This document shows, piece after piece, positions 28,949 through 39,724 of a DNA stretch of 60,947 nucleotides; within the stretch, counting starts at the first letter, position 1; every line of letters begins with the position of its first letter. The notes under the pieces were generated by a model. The model was not told where the DNA came from. It did no database searches and worked only from the letters and a program-made list of their open reading frames with translations. The position numbers and the translations under genes are program-made. Source of the stretch: Pseudomonadota bacterium (GTDB lineage: Archaea > Thermoplasmatota > SW-10-69-26 > JACQPN01 > JAJPHT01); NCBI GenBank assembly GCA_021325135.1, contig JAJPHT010000037.1:1-60947 (forward strand). The letters run 5' to 3'.

Positions 28949-31608
28949 GGCGTGCGCGCCGTCGCGCGCAGGCGCAGCGTCGCGATGCCCGCGCGCTCGA
29001 TGGCGGGAACGACCACCTCCAGGCCGCCCTCCGGCGCGGGCCGCATGCGCAGGGGCTCGCCGCGCCCGTCCTCCGCCTGCGCGACGAGGGCCGGATCGAG
29101 GGGCAGCCGGACGCGCGTCGCGGCCTTGCCCAGGTGCGCCACGGAGACGCGCAGCCCCTCGCCGGTCCGCGTCACGCAGAGGTCGCAGGGGTCGTCGGCC
29201 TCAAGGACGTCCGACGCCGCGGAGAGCCGGGGCGCCACGCGCTCCCCCCGCGTGTCGGTGATCCCCTTGAGATAGCACGCCCGGATGCCGGACGCGTCCA
29301 GGGCCACGGCGTGCGCGGCCAGCGAGGGGGAGCGCACGAGGAGCGTCTCCTCCCGCCCGTCGGGCGAGCGCCGCACCGCGATGTCGCCCCCCGTCTCGCC
29401 CACGATGACGAAGAGGTCCGCGTCGCGCGGGTCCGCGCCCTGGCCGTGCTCGAACACGACGGCGCCTTTGCCGCCGCGCGGCGTGCGGACCGCCTCCGCG
29501 TCGCCCAGCGCGAGGAGCAGGCGCCACGCGAGGCGCTGGTTCTCCTGGGAGACGTGGCGGTCGTCCCCCGAGAGCGTCGCGCGCCACGGGCTCGCGCCCA
29601 GGAAGATCGCGGTCCCCGCGCCGTGGCGGCGCCGGTAGCCCACGAGGTCGCCGTTGATGCGGATGGGCAGGTCCGCATCGGCGGGCGGCGTCACCGTGTG
29701 GACGTACTCCAGGATGGCGCCCATCTCCTCCCCCTCCACCACGAGCGGCGTGGGCCCCGCCAGGGGCCGGAGGCAGTGCTCCCCGTGGGGGAAGAGGTCG
29801 TGGAGCGCGCCGCGGGCGGGCCGCAGCGTCTCGTCGCGGTCGGGCACGACGTTGGTGAGCAGCAGGCGGCCCCCGCGGTGGACGTAGCGCGCGAGCCGCT
29901 CCTGCGTGGCGAGGTCCATGTACTCGTGGGCGCTGACGCAGAGCAGCCGGCACCCGCCAAGGTCCAGGTCCCGGGAGACGTCCACCTGGCGGAAGCCCAC
30001 GCCCTGCCCCAGCGCCATCTCCGCGAAGGCGTCGAGGCCGTGGTACGCGCCGCGCGGCACGGCCTTGAGGGGCGGCTTCCAGATGTAGTCGTCCGGGTCG
30101 CCGCGCATGAGCCACTGCCCCGCCCACGCGTAGGGCGGGTAGATGCCCCACGCCAGCGAGGCCCGCGGCCCGCCGGCCAGGAAGCGCGGCCCCTCGTCGC
30201 GGAGGTACTGCGCGATCTGCATGAGGCTCCAGTACTTTCCCGTCCGCTCCCCCGTGGAGAGCACGGGCGAGTCCCCCGGGTAGTCCGCGCTGCTGGCGTC
30301 CTCGCGGGCGTTGGTGCGCTGGGGAATCCACTGCACGTCGACGTTGGGGTCGTCGCGCCACGCGCGCGTGCCCGCGAAGGTGTACGCCGTGACGCCGGTG
30401 GCGCCGCACGCGACGGCCACCATGGCCTCGTAGACGCTGGGCGCGACGTGCTGGTAGGGCGTGTAGTATTCCGACGCGAAGCCCCAGTTCATCTCCATGG
30501 CGGGCCCGCGGAACGCCGTGTTGGCCATGACGTACTGCCGGAACGCGCGCGAGTCGCCCGCCACGACGCCCAGCCAGTTGGTGAGGCCGAAGGTGAACCC
30601 CTTGCGGCCCACGAGGTTCACGCGCGTGTACCAGCCGTCGTTGCTCGCCGGGTTCTGCTTGTACGTGTTGCCGTTGGGGTTGAAGTTGAAGAGGATGGGC
30701 GCCTCGCGCGGCACGCCCCCCTCTTCGAGATAGCTTTTGTAGAGCGCCGCGACGTCGGCGTAGATGCGCCCCTGGAACGCGCTCCAGTCGAGATAGGCCA
30801 GCAGGTCGCGCACGCTGCGCAGCGCGCTGGGGTTGCGCGGCGGCTCGATCTCGTCCCAGTCCTCGACGCGGGAGCCGTGCAGGTCGTTGTAGGCGGCCAC
30901 GTCCCCGTAGCGATCCTTCAGGAAGCGGCGGAAGCGCACGAGCGTCGAGGGCGCGAAGGCGAACTGCGTGGGGTCGGCGCGGCTGCTGTCGCTGTAGATG
31001 CCCTCGTTGAGGAGCTGGAGCGCGATGACGGGGCCCTTGGGCCAGAAGCGCGGCGCGGCGACCTCGCGGGCGAAGGCGCGGAACCACGAGCGCACGTACA
31101 CGTTGTACGCGGGGTCGAAGGGCGCGGGCAGCACGCGCGCGTCCTGCGGCCGCATGCGCCCGATCCTCCAGCGGATGGGCTCGCCGAACGCGTCGATCTC
31201 CGGCTGGATGCCGCTCGTGGGATTGCACTCTCCGCAGACGTAGGAGGGCAGCCCGCCGAAGGGAAGCTCAGCGTGGACGAAGGGCCCCGGCTTGAGGATC
31301 ACCATGAGGCCAAGCTCCTCGGCGAGCCCCAGCAGGCCCACGAGGTCGCGGTTCGCCTGCGTGGCGCCGGTGAAGTCGTATTGGCCGCCCTCGTGGATCG
31401 GGTCCACGGGCGCGTGGTGGCGCCACGGCACGTAGCACGTCAGCACGTCCAGCCCGCACTCGGCCTGCGCCTCCAGGCGGCTGCGCCAGTTCTTCACCTC
31501 GTCGCGGTAGTAGGGGTAGTCCGTGTTGAGGAAGTAGCGGGGAGCGCCGTCCACGTGGAGGACGCCGCCCTCGATGGTGACGCGCGGCGGCCCGGGCTCG
31601 CGGCTCAT
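28930..31608 (-). CDS. GH35-like glycoside hydrolase (beta-galactosidase/exo-beta-glucosaminidase-like)
   Basis: YVPWRHH, LKPGPFVHAE..GGLP, GPVIALQLLNE, nucleophile-like AMEM; C-terminal GATase-like domain. Confidence 0.85.
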   Translation of the reverse strand: MSREPGPPRVTIEGGVLHVDGAPRYFLNTDYPYYRDEVKNWRSRLEAQAECGLDVLTCYVPWRHHAPVDPIHEGGQYDFTGATQANRDLVGLLGLAEELGLMVILKPGPFVHAELPFGGLPSYVCGECNPTSGIQPEIDAFGEPIRWRIGRMRPQDARVLPAPFDPAYNVYVRSWFRAFAREVAAPRFWPKGPVIALQLLNEGIYSDSSRADPTQFAFAPSTLVRFRRFLKDRYGDVAAYNDLHGSRVEDWDEIEPPRNPSALRSVRDLLAYLDWSAFQGRIYADVAALYKSYLEEGGVPREAPILFNFNPNGNTYKQNPASNDGWYTRVNLVGRKGFTFGLTNWLGVVAGDSRAFRQYVMANTAFRGPAMEMNWGFASEYYTPYQHVAPSVYEAMVAVACGATGVTAYTFAGTRAWRDDPNVDVQWIPQRTNAREDASSADYPGDSPVLSTGERTGKYWSLMQIAQYLRDEGPRFLAGGPRASLAWGIYPPYAWAGQWLMRGDPDDYIWKPPLKAVPRGAYHGLDAFAEMALGQGVGFRQVDVSRDLDLGGCRLLCVSAHEYMDLATQERLARYVHRGGRLLLTNVVPDRDETLRPARGALHDLFPHGEHCLRPLAGPTPLVVEGEEMGAILEYVHTVTPPADADLPIRINGDLVGYRRRHGAGTAIFLGASPWRATLSGDDRHVSQENQRLAWRLLLALGDAEAVRTPRGGKGAVVFEHGQGADPRDADLFVIVGETGGDIAVRRSPDGREETLLVRSPSLAAHAVALDASGIRACYLKGITDTRGERVAPRLSAASDVLEADDPCDLCVTRTGEGLRVSVAHLGKAATRVRLPLDPALVAQAEDGRGEPLRMRPAPEGGLEVVVPAIERAGIATLRLRATARTPQKSLR

Positions 31609-31730
31609 CGCCAGCCCGTGCGCGCTCCACCGCCTAACCCTTTCCGCTCGGACAAGCGGGCAGCGACGCCCGGAGGAGGCGCGTTGACGACACGTCTTTG
31701 GTCGCCGCGGGGCGTGGGCGCGCCGATCGC

Positions 31731-33530
31731 ATGCCCAACACGTCAGACGTCATCATGGACACGCTGGAGCGGTGGGGGGTCGACGTCGTCTTCGGGCTGC
31801 CCGGCGACGGCATCAACGGGCTCATGGAGGCGCTGCGCGAGAGGCGCGAGAGCATCCGCTTCGTGCTCGTGCGCCACGAGGAGGCCGCGGCCTTCGCCGC
31901 GACGGCCTACGCCAAGTTCACCGGGAAGCTGGGCGCGTGCATCGCGACCTCGGGCCCCGGGGGCATCCACCTGCTCAACGGCCTCTACGACGCGAAGATG
32001 GACCAGGCGCCGGTCCTCGCCATCACGGGGCAGACCTACTCCGACCTCATCGGCTCGCGCTACCAGCAGGAGGTGAACATGCTCCAGCTCTTCAGCGACG
32101 TCGCCGAGTACAACGTGCAGGTGAACAGCCCGGAGCACGCGCGCATGGCGACGGACAACGCGTGCCGCACGGCCCTGGCGCACCGCACCGTGGCGCACCT
32201 CAACGTGCCCGTCGACGTGCAGGAGGAGAGCCTCAAGGGCGAGTGGTCGCGGGCGAAGGTGCCCGGCGCCACGAGCCACCGGCCCGCCGACCTGGAGGTC
32301 CACCCTCCGGGGCACGCGATCCGCGCGGCGGCGGCCATCCTCAACAAGGCGAAGCGCCCGGCGATCCTGGCGGGCAGCGGCGCGCGCGACGCGGGCCACG
32401 AATTGATAGCGCTCGCGGTCGCGCTCCAGGCGCCGGTCATCAAGCCGCTCCTGGGGAAGGACGTCATCCCCGACGACCACCCGCACTGCCTGGGCGGCAT
32501 CGGCCTGCTGGGCACCGCGCCCTCGCAGAAGGCGCTGGAGGAGTGCGACGCGCTGCTCATGGTGGGCACCTCGTTCCCGTACATGAGCTACCTGCCCAAG
32601 CCCGGCAGCGTGCCCGGCATCCAGATCGACATCGAGCCCTCGCGCATCGGCATCCGCTACCCCGTGGAGGTCGGGCTCGTCGGGGACAGCAAGGCCGCGC
32701 TCTCGGACCTGCTTCCCCACGTCTCGGTGCGCCAGCAGAGCGACTGGCTCGCGGGCCTCCAGGGCGACATGCGCGAGTGGTGGAGCCAGCTGGAGGAGCG
32801 CGCGACGCGGCGCGACGCGCCCATGAAGCCGCAGGTCGTCGCGTGGGAATTGGCCAAGCGCCTCAAGGACGACGCCATCGTGACGTGCGACTCGGGCACC
32901 ATCGCGGCGTGGGCCGCGCGCTACGTGCGCGTCCGCGGGCAGATGCGCTTCAGCCTCTCGGGCACGCTGGCCAGCATGGCGCCCGGCGTGCCCTACGCCA
33001 TCGGCGCGCAGGTCGCGTACCCCGACCGGCAGGTGGTCGCGTTCGTGGGCGACGGCGGCCTCCTCATGCTCGCGGGCGAGCTGGCCACGGCCGCGCAGCA
33101 CAAGCTCCCCATCAAGGTCGTCGTCATCAAGAACAACGTGCTGGGCATGATCAAGTGGGAGCAGATGGTGTTCCTGGGCAACCCTAGCTTCGGCGTGGAG
33201 CTTCCCGACGTGGACATCGCGGGCATGGCCAAGGCGCTGGGCGTCCAGGGCTTCCGCGCGACGAGCCCGCGGGAGGTGGGGGCCGTGCTCGACGAGGCCT
33301 TGGCTGCCGACGGGCCCGCCCTGGTGGAGTGCGTGGTCGACCCCAACGAGCCGCCCATGCCGCCGCGCATCACTCTGGGGCAGGCGACGTCGCTGGCGAA
33401 GGCGCTGGCCCGCGGCGAGCCCAACCGGAAGCGCATCGCGCTGACGCTCTTCCGCGACACCATGGACGACATGTTCTCCGGAGGGGGCGAGGCCGATGAG
33501 GCTGAGGTTCGGGACGTACCCGGGCGTTGA
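31731..33530 (+). CDS. ThDP-dependent pyruvate oxidase/dehydrogenase (PoxB/CidC-like)
   Basis: FGLPGDGIN, VRHEEAAAF, GPGGIHLLNGLYDA, GDGG...NN ThDP motif. Confidence 0.93.
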   Translation: MPNTSDVIMDTLERWGVDVVFGLPGDGINGLMEALRERRESIRFVLVRHEEAAAFAATAYAKFTGKLGACIATSGPGGIHLLNGLYDAKMDQAPVLAITGQTYSDLIGSRYQQEVNMLQLFSDVAEYNVQVNSPEHARMATDNACRTALAHRTVAHLNVPVDVQEESLKGEWSRAKVPGATSHRPADLEVHPPGHAIRAAAAILNKAKRPAILAGSGARDAGHELIALAVALQAPVIKPLLGKDVIPDDHPHCLGGIGLLGTAPSQKALEECDALLMVGTSFPYMSYLPKPGSVPGIQIDIEPSRIGIRYPVEVGLVGDSKAALSDLLPHVSVRQQSDWLAGLQGDMREWWSQLEERATRRDAPMKPQVVAWELAKRLKDDAIVTCDSGTIAAWAARYVRVRGQMRFSLSGTLASMAPGVPYAIGAQVAYPDRQVVAFVGDGGLLMLAGELATAAQHKLPIKVVVIKNNVLGMIKWEQMVFLGNPSFGVELPDVDIAGMAKALGVQGFRATSPREVGAVLDEALAADGPALVECVVDPNEPPMPPRITLGQATSLAKALARGEPNRKRIALTLFRDTMDDMFSGGGEADEAEVRDVPGR

Positions 33531-34794
33531 GGGGGAGCCCTTCGACGCGCCCGAGGGCGCAGCGATCCTTGCGCCCCGCGCCGGCCCGCCCAACGACGAG
33601 CCCGCGCTCCTGCGCGACGCCATCGAGGGGAGGCTGGCGCCCCTGGCCGAGGGCAAGCGCCGCGTGCTCCTCCTGGTGGACGACGCGACGCGGCGCACGC
33701 GGGTCCACGAGATCCTCCCCCACGTCGAGCGCGAGCTTGCGCAGGCGGGCGTGCGCGACGAGCAGGTGACGATCCTCACCGCGCAGGGCACGCACCGCCC
33801 CATGACGCGCGAGGAATTGGAGGCCAAGATCGGGCCCGCCTTCCTGCGCCGCTGGCGCGTGGAGCAGCACCGGCACCGCGACCGCGAGGCGCTGGTCCGC
33901 CTGGGCGAGACGGAGGACGGGATGCCGGTCGTCGTGAACCGTCTTCTTCCCGAGAGCGACCTGCGCGTGGGCGTCGGCCACGTGGGCGTCCACGCCATCA
34001 TGGGCTTCTCCGGCGGAGCGAAGATCGTGCTGCCCGGCGTCTGCGGCGAGGAGAGCGAGACGTGGACGCACTGGACGGCCAGCTGGTTCGCCCAAGAGGA
34101 TTTGCTCGGCGTCATGGACGGCCCCATCCGCGCGCACGTCGAGGAGGGTGCGCGCTTGGCGGGGCTCGACGCCGTCGTGAACGTCGCCATGGACCACGCG
34201 GGCCAGGTGCAGCGCGCCGCGTGCGGCGACTTCGTCGAGGCGCAGCGCGCGTGCGCCGCCACCGCGAGGGACTGGCACGCGGCGCGGCTCGACGAGCCCG
34301 CGGACATCGTGATCTCGGATTCCTTCCCCGCGGACCGCGACTACTGGCAGAGCGTGAAGGGGCTCTGCTGCGCGACGATCGCGGTGGAGGAGGGGGGCGT
34401 CATCGTGCTCGTGACGCCCAGCCCCGAGGGGGTCGCGGACAACCACCCCGGGTGCCGCGACCTCTGCGGGCTCCCGCTGGAGGAGATCCGGAGGCGCGTC
34501 GCCGCGGGCGAGGTGGAGGACGTCATCGGCGCCGCCGTCGCGGCCTTCACGGCGCGCATCCGCGAGAGAAGCGACGTGCACCTCGTGAGTAGCGGCATCC
34601 GCCCCGAGGACGCGCGCGCCATGGGGTTCACGCCCTTCGCCTCTATCCAGGACGCTCTCGATGCGGCGCGCGAGAAGATGGGCGCCCACGCCTCCGTCGC
34701 CGTTCTTCAAGGCGCGGGCGGGCTTCTCCCGGTGGTGGGCGGCCGCAACGAGCGCGTGCTGCCGGAGCGCGAAGCGGGGAGGCGCCACGCATGA
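33496..34794 (+). CDS. larA: Nickel-pincer-dependent lactate racemase family (LarA homologue)
   Basis: DDATR, GTHRPMT, H..MGFSGGAKIVLPG, QSVKG. Confidence 0.88.
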   Translation: MRLRFGTYPGVEGEPFDAPEGAAILAPRAGPPNDEPALLRDAIEGRLAPLAEGKRRVLLLVDDATRRTRVHEILPHVERELAQAGVRDEQVTILTAQGTHRPMTREELEAKIGPAFLRRWRVEQHRHRDREALVRLGETEDGMPVVVNRLLPESDLRVGVGHVGVHAIMGFSGGAKIVLPGVCGEESETWTHWTASWFAQEDLLGVMDGPIRAHVEEGARLAGLDAVVNVAMDHAGQVQRAACGDFVEAQRACAATARDWHAARLDEPADIVISDSFPADRDYWQSVKGLCCATIAVEEGGVIVLVTPSPEGVADNHPGCRDLCGLPLEEIRRRVAAGEVEDVIGAAVAAFTARIRERSDVHLVSSGIRPEDARAMGFTPFASIQDALDAAREKMGAHASVAVLQGAGGLLPVVGGRNERVLPEREAGRRHA

Positions 34795-35519
34795 TGGTCC
34801 TCTACCTGGAGGGCGATCGCTGCTCGCCGAAGTACGTGGTCGCAGCGCTGGAGGGCGCGGCCATCCAGTGGAGGGCCCCCCAGCGCCCGCCCCCCGAGTA
34901 CGCGGAGTACGACGCCGTGATCCTCTCCGACTACCCGGCCTCGACGCTGGGCCCGCGCGCGGCGCAGGCCATCGCCGCCGCCGTGCACGAAGGGCTGGGC
35001 CTCCTCATGGTGGGCGGCTGGTCCTCCTTCGGCCGCGGCGGCTACGCGAGGAGCCCGCTGGCGGAGGTGCTGCCCGTGGAGGTGGAGGACGGGGACGACC
35101 GCCACGCGAGCCCCTCGGGCTGCTATCCCTGGAAGCTGGAGGAGCATCCCATCCTGGGCGGGCTCGACTGGTCGCGGCCCCCGGTCCTGTGCGGCTACAA
35201 CCGCCTCGTGCCCAAGCCCGCCGCGGAGGTCGTGCTGGAGGCGCGCGAGGCCGCGCTCACCCCCGAGGGGCCCCACGTCGCGCGCCGCGGAGCGCCCCTC
35301 CTGGTGCTGGGCGGCCACGGCCAGGGGCGCGTCGTCGCGTTCGCGGGCGACCTGGCCCCGCACTGGAGCGGCGGGCTCACCGACTGGGGCGAGTCCACCG
35401 TCGCCGGCCCCGAGGGCGAGGAGGTGGGCAGCGCCTACGTCGCGCTCCTCGCGCAGATGATCCGCTGGGCGGCGCGCCCCCGCCCCCGCGTGGGCCAGGC
35501 GAGGGTCGAGCGCCTTTGA
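34791..35519 (+). CDS. Class I glutamine amidotransferase-like (DUF1355-type) protein
   Basis: YDAVILSD, GLLMVGGWSSF, LAEVLPV, GQGRVVAFAGDLAPHW. Confidence 0.85.
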   Translation: MMVLYLEGDRCSPKYVVAALEGAAIQWRAPQRPPPEYAEYDAVILSDYPASTLGPRAAQAIAAAVHEGLGLLMVGGWSSFGRGGYARSPLAEVLPVEVEDGDDRHASPSGCYPWKLEEHPILGGLDWSRPPVLCGYNRLVPKPAAEVVLEAREAALTPEGPHVARRGAPLLVLGGHGQGRVVAFAGDLAPHWSGGLTDWGESTVAGPEGEEVGSAYVALLAQMIRWAARPRPRVGQARVERL

Positions 35520-37240
35520 CGTGGCCCATCGAGTCCCACGCCCTCCTGGGCGACTGCCTCAGCGCCGCGCTCCTGGCGCCCGACGGCCGCGTCGTGTGGT
35601 GGTGCCCTCCGCGCTTCGACGCCGCGCCCGCGTGCGACGCGCTCCTGGGCGGCGCGGGCTCCTTCGACGTGCAGGTCGCGGGGGCGCGCGTCGAGTCGTT
35701 CGCCTACGAGGGCGACACCAACGCGATGCTCACCCGGTGGCGCGGCCCGCGCTGTGCGGCGCGCGTCCACGACTTCATGCCCTACCCCGCCGAGCACACG
35801 AGCCTCGTGCGCCTCGTCGAGTGCGACGAGGGGACCGCGGACGTGGTCGCCTTCGCGTGCCCGGCCGCGGGCGGCGCGCCCCTCGTCGCGCGGGCCAGCC
35901 AGCCGTGGCCCTACGAGAAGGCGGGCTGGCGCGGCGCGTTCCGGCTCGTGCGGGGCGAGGCGCTCGCGCTCTCCCTGGGCGTGGGCCCCGAGGCCGGGCC
36001 GCTGGGCGTCGAGGAGGCGCGCTCGCTCCGGCGCAGCACGATGGACGCTTGGTCGCGCTGGTCGGAGCTTTGCGAATACGACGGCCCGCGCCGCGACCTC
36101 GTCGTGCGCAGCCTCCTCGCGCTCAAGGCCATGCGCTACGCGCCCACGGGGGCCATCGTCGCCGCGCCCACGACGAGCCTTCCCGAGGTCGTGGGCGGCG
36201 AGCGCAACTGGGACTACCGCTTCGCGTGGCTGCGCGACACGGGCTTCTGCATGGACGCCTTCGTCTCCCTGGGCCACAGCGACGGCGCGAGGGAATTGGC
36301 CAACTGGGTGCTGCGCGCCGTGGCCGAGACGCCGGGCAAGGACCTCCTCGTCCTCTACAACGTCGAAGGGGCTCCCGCGCCCGAGGAGTCCGCGCTGGAC
36401 CTTCCGGGCTACGAGGGCTCGCGCCCCGTGCGCGTGGGCAACGGCGCGGTCAAGCAGTTCCAGCTCGACGCCTACGGCCACGTCATGGAGTGCCTCCACC
36501 TCTGGCAGGGCATGAGGCGCCCCGAGCGGCGCGGGCTCTGGCCGCACGTCGTGGCGCTCGTGGACCGCTGCTGCGAGCGGTGGCGCGAGCCGGACAACGG
36601 CATCTGGGAGATGCCCTCCGGGCCGCGGCACTTCACGTACTCCAAGGTCATGGCGTGGGTCGCGCTGGACCGCGCCATCCGCACCGCGGAGGAGCACGGA
36701 CTCCCCGCGCCGCTCGCGCGCTGGGACGCGGTGCGCAAGGAGATCCGCCGCGACGTGCTGGCGCGCGGCGTCGACCCGGATACGGGAGCGTTCACGCAGT
36801 CCTACGGCGACCCCGCGTGCGACGCGTCGAACCTGCGCATCCCCCTCGTGGGCTTCGTGCCGCCCGACGACCCCCGCGCGCAGGCCACGCTGGAGCAGGT
36901 CGTCGCCCGGCTGGAGCGCGGGGGCCTGCTGCTGCGCTACGACGGGCCCGACGGCCTCGAAGGGCGAGAGGGCGCCTTCCTGCCGTGCGGCTTCTGGCTC
37001 GTGGAGGCGCTGGCGCTGGCGGGGCGGCGCGACGAGGCGCGGAAGGCGTTCGACCGGCTCGCCGCGCTGGCATCCCCCCTGGGCCTCTTTGCCGAGGAGT
37101 ACGACCCGCAGGCGAAGCGCCACCTGGGCAACTTCCCGCAGGCGTTCACGCACGCCGCGCTGGTGTCGGCCGCCTGGAAGCTCGCCGTCGCGGAGGGCAG
37201 CGCCCCGCGTGACGTCAAGGTCAAGCACGCGGCTGCGTGA
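35516..37240 (+). CDS. GH15 glycoside hydrolase (trehalase/glucoamylase)
   Basis: TTG start overlapping upstream stop; AAPTTSLPE, RNWDYRFAWLRD, QLDAYG, GIWE, GLFAEE, GNFPQAFTH. Confidence 0.93.
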   Translation: MTWPIESHALLGDCLSAALLAPDGRVVWWCPPRFDAAPACDALLGGAGSFDVQVAGARVESFAYEGDTNAMLTRWRGPRCAARVHDFMPYPAEHTSLVRLVECDEGTADVVAFACPAAGGAPLVARASQPWPYEKAGWRGAFRLVRGEALALSLGVGPEAGPLGVEEARSLRRSTMDAWSRWSELCEYDGPRRDLVVRSLLALKAMRYAPTGAIVAAPTTSLPEVVGGERNWDYRFAWLRDTGFCMDAFVSLGHSDGARELANWVLRAVAETPGKDLLVLYNVEGAPAPEESALDLPGYEGSRPVRVGNGAVKQFQLDAYGHVMECLHLWQGMRRPERRGLWPHVVALVDRCCERWREPDNGIWEMPSGPRHFTYSKVMAWVALDRAIRTAEEHGLPAPLARWDAVRKEIRRDVLARGVDPDTGAFTQSYGDPACDASNLRIPLVGFVPPDDPRAQATLEQVVARLERGGLLLRYDGPDGLEGREGAFLPCGFWLVEALALAGRRDEARKAFDRLAALASPLGLFAEEYDPQAKRHLGNFPQAFTHAALVSAAWKLAVAEGSAPRDVKVKHAAA

Positions 37241-37249
37241 AGGGGGACC

Positions 37250-38395
37250 ATGCCGCGGCAGGAGCAGGCCCGCGCCCCGGACGTGCAGGCGTCGACGGTC
37301 CGCGCCGTGGTGCTGCGCCGCGGCGAGAGCGGGCCCCGCCTCGTGCAGGCGCCGCGCCCGGAGGCCCGGAAGGGCCAGGCCCTCGTCCGCACGCTGCGCG
37401 CGGGGATCGACGGCACGGACGAGGAGGTGCTCCGCGGCGCGCACGGCGCGTTCCCGCCGGGGCGCGACGAGCTGGTCCTGGGCCACGAGTGCCTGGGCGA
37501 GGTCGTGGAGGCGCCGCCGGAGTCGGGGCTCGTCCCGGGCGACCGCGTCGTGCCGCTCGTGCGCCACGGATGCGGAGCCTGCGAGGCGTGCGCGCGCCGC
37601 GCCGACTTCTGCCCCACCGAAGGCTATCGCGAGCACGGCATCAAGGAGATGGACGGCTTCTTCCGCGACGCGTGGGTCGACGACCCGGCGACGCTGGTGA
37701 AGGCGCCCCCGGGGCTGGACGACCTGGCGGTGCTCGTGGAGCCGCTCTCCGTCGTCGTCAAGGCGTTCGACGAGGCGCGGCGCATCCAGCAGCGCGTCCC
37801 GTGGTTCGAGGAGGCCGGGGGCTTCCGCGGCCAGCGCGCGCTCATGGCGGGCACCGGGAGCCTCGGCACGCTGGGCGCGTTCCTCCTGGCGAGCGAAGGC
37901 ATGGAGGTGTGGGCGCTGGATCGCGACGCCGACGACGCGGCCGCGCCCGCGCTCCTCCGCGAGATCGGCGTCAAGCACGTCAACACGCGGGAACGCCACG
38001 TCGTGGACGTCGCGGAGCAGGTGGGCGGCTTCGACCTCGTGCTGGAGGCGACGGGCGCGCCGCAGGTCGCGTTCGACTGCGTGCAGACGCTCGCGGGGAA
38101 CGGCTGCATGGCGATGCTGGGCGTGCCCGCGGACCGGCCGCCCCTGCCGGTGCCCGCGGACGAGATCATGCGCCGCATGGTGCTGGAGAACCAGGTCCTC
38201 TTCGGCAGCGTGAACAGCGCGCGGCGGCACTTCGAGGAGGCGATGCGCCGGCTGGCGGACCTCCGCGCGCGCTGGCCCGGCCAGGTGGATCGCATCGTGA
38301 CGCACGTCTTCTCGCCCGACGAGATCGTCGAGGCCTACCAGGTGAGGGGCCCGTCCGTCATCAAGAAGGTGGTCGACTGGACGCGCGGAAGGTGA
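37250..38395 (+). CDS. gdh: Glucose 1-dehydrogenase (Zn-dependent MDR)
   Basis: GIDGTD.E, LGHE, VR..CG.CEAC...DFC, VEPLS, FGSVNS. Confidence 0.88.
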   Translation: MPRQEQARAPDVQASTVRAVVLRRGESGPRLVQAPRPEARKGQALVRTLRAGIDGTDEEVLRGAHGAFPPGRDELVLGHECLGEVVEAPPESGLVPGDRVVPLVRHGCGACEACARRADFCPTEGYREHGIKEMDGFFRDAWVDDPATLVKAPPGLDDLAVLVEPLSVVVKAFDEARRIQQRVPWFEEAGGFRGQRALMAGTGSLGTLGAFLLASEGMEVWALDRDADDAAAPALLREIGVKHVNTRERHVVDVAEQVGGFDLVLEATGAPQVAFDCVQTLAGNGCMAMLGVPADRPPLPVPADEIMRRMVLENQVLFGSVNSARRHFEEAMRRLADLRARWPGQVDRIVTHVFSPDEIVEAYQVRGPSVIKKVVDWTRGR

Positions 38396-39623
38396 AGGCG
38401 GGCGCGCGGATGAGCGCGCGCTGCCGGGGCGCGCCGGTCATCCAGCCCGCGACGTAGCGCGCCTTCCTCGACGCGCCTGGCAGCCGCGAGAGGTGGAACG
38501 CGCGCCAGAGCAGGCCGGCCGACCGGCCCAGGAGCGCGCGGTCGCGCCCCACCTGCGCGACGCCGAGCCCTTCGCCCAGCGGCACGATGAGCCCGCGCGT
38601 GCGGTGGTGGTATGGCAAGAGCGGGCGCCCCAGCAGAGCGCGCACGAGGTTGGACGCGACGCTCTCCGCCTCCGCCTCGGCGTGCTGCGCCGTCATGGGC
38701 GCCTCCTTCCCGCCGACGCGCGCGTCCGCGCAGTCGCCCAGCGCCCAGACGCCCTCCTCGACGCGCAGCATGGGGTCGACGCGCAGGCGCCCCTCCTTCC
38801 CGCGCTGGAAGGGGAGCGCATTCACCGCGGGGCTCGCCTCCACGCCCGCCACCCACACCGTCGCGGCCGCCGGGATGAGCCGCCCGCCCTGGAGGCGCGC
38901 GCCGCCGGGCTCCACCGCCGCGACGCGCTCGCCCAGGGCCACGTCGTCGCCGCGCCGCCGGAGCAGGGCCTGGACGTACTCCGGGATCGGGTCCGGCATG
39001 CCGCCCAGGAGGCGCCGCTCGCCCTCCACGACGTGGATCACCGGGGGGCGCGCGCGCAGCGCCGGGCCGTAGACGCGGTGGGCGCGGCGCAGGAGGTCGT
39101 GCAGCGCGCCGGCCACCTCAAGGCCCGCGTAGGAGCCGCCAGCGACGACGACGTCGGGCGAGAGCCGGCCGCCGGACTCCTCCGACTCCAGGGCGTCCAG
39201 CACCCTCAGGCGCAGCGCGAGGGCGTCGTCCACCGACTTGAACGCGACGGCGCTCTCCCGCGCGCCGGGCACGCCGTGGTAGGCGGTGGAGGAGCCCAGC
39301 GCGATCACGAGGTGGTCGTAGCGCAGCGCGCGCTCCTCGCCGTCGGGCAGCCGCACGCGCGCCTCGCGGCCCTGCGCGTCGACGCGCGCCAGGTCGCCCA
39401 CCACGAGGCGCACGCGAGGGTCGAGCACCTCGCGCAGCGGGAAGGCGACCTCGGTGAGGTCGGCCGCGCCCGCCACGAGGTCGCGCAGGAACGGGTAGTA
39501 GAGGAAGTAGTTCTCGCGCGCGACGACGGTCACCGCGCCGCGGCGGGCCAGGCGCGGCGCCAGCGCGTTCGCGCACCGCAGGCCGCCGTGGCCCGCTCCG
39601 AGGATCACGACCCGTGCGGCCAC
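38361..39623 (-). CDS. ndh: Type II NADH dehydrogenase-like FAD oxidoreductase
   Basis: ILGAGHGG, YDHLVIALGS, GGSYAGLEVAG, WALGDCA, TAQHA. Confidence 0.88.
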   Translation of the reverse strand: MAARVVILGAGHGGLRCANALAPRLARRGAVTVVARENYFLYYPFLRDLVAGAADLTEVAFPLREVLDPRVRLVVGDLARVDAQGREARVRLPDGEERALRYDHLVIALGSSTAYHGVPGARESAVAFKSVDDALALRLRVLDALESEESGGRLSPDVVVAGGSYAGLEVAGALHDLLRRAHRVYGPALRARPPVIHVVEGERRLLGGMPDPIPEYVQALLRRRGDDVALGERVAAVEPGGARLQGGRLIPAAATVWVAGVEASPAVNALPFQRGKEGRLRVDPMLRVEEGVWALGDCADARVGGKEAPMTAQHAEAEAESVASNLVRALLGRPLLPYHHRTRGLIVPLGEGLGVAQVGRDRALLGRSAGLLWRAFHLSRLPGASRKARYVAGWMTGAPRQRALIRAPAFTFRASSRPPS

Positions 39624-39724
39624 GCCCGGGCGCTGGGGCCCCGGAGGGCAAGACACCTGTGGCGGGTCCGTCCATGGAGCCAGAAGAGCCTTGCACCCTG
39701 GCGGGGAGCCGCGCACGACCGCCC

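Noticed and set aside
26173-32076. 1967-aa ORF and many other long Arg/Ala/Gly/Pro-rich ORFs (e.g. 13198-16224, 19978-23109, 39605-42643, 55462-58413)
   Set aside because: Shadow frames of real genes in very GC-rich DNA; no motifs, and they overlap well-supported CDSs.
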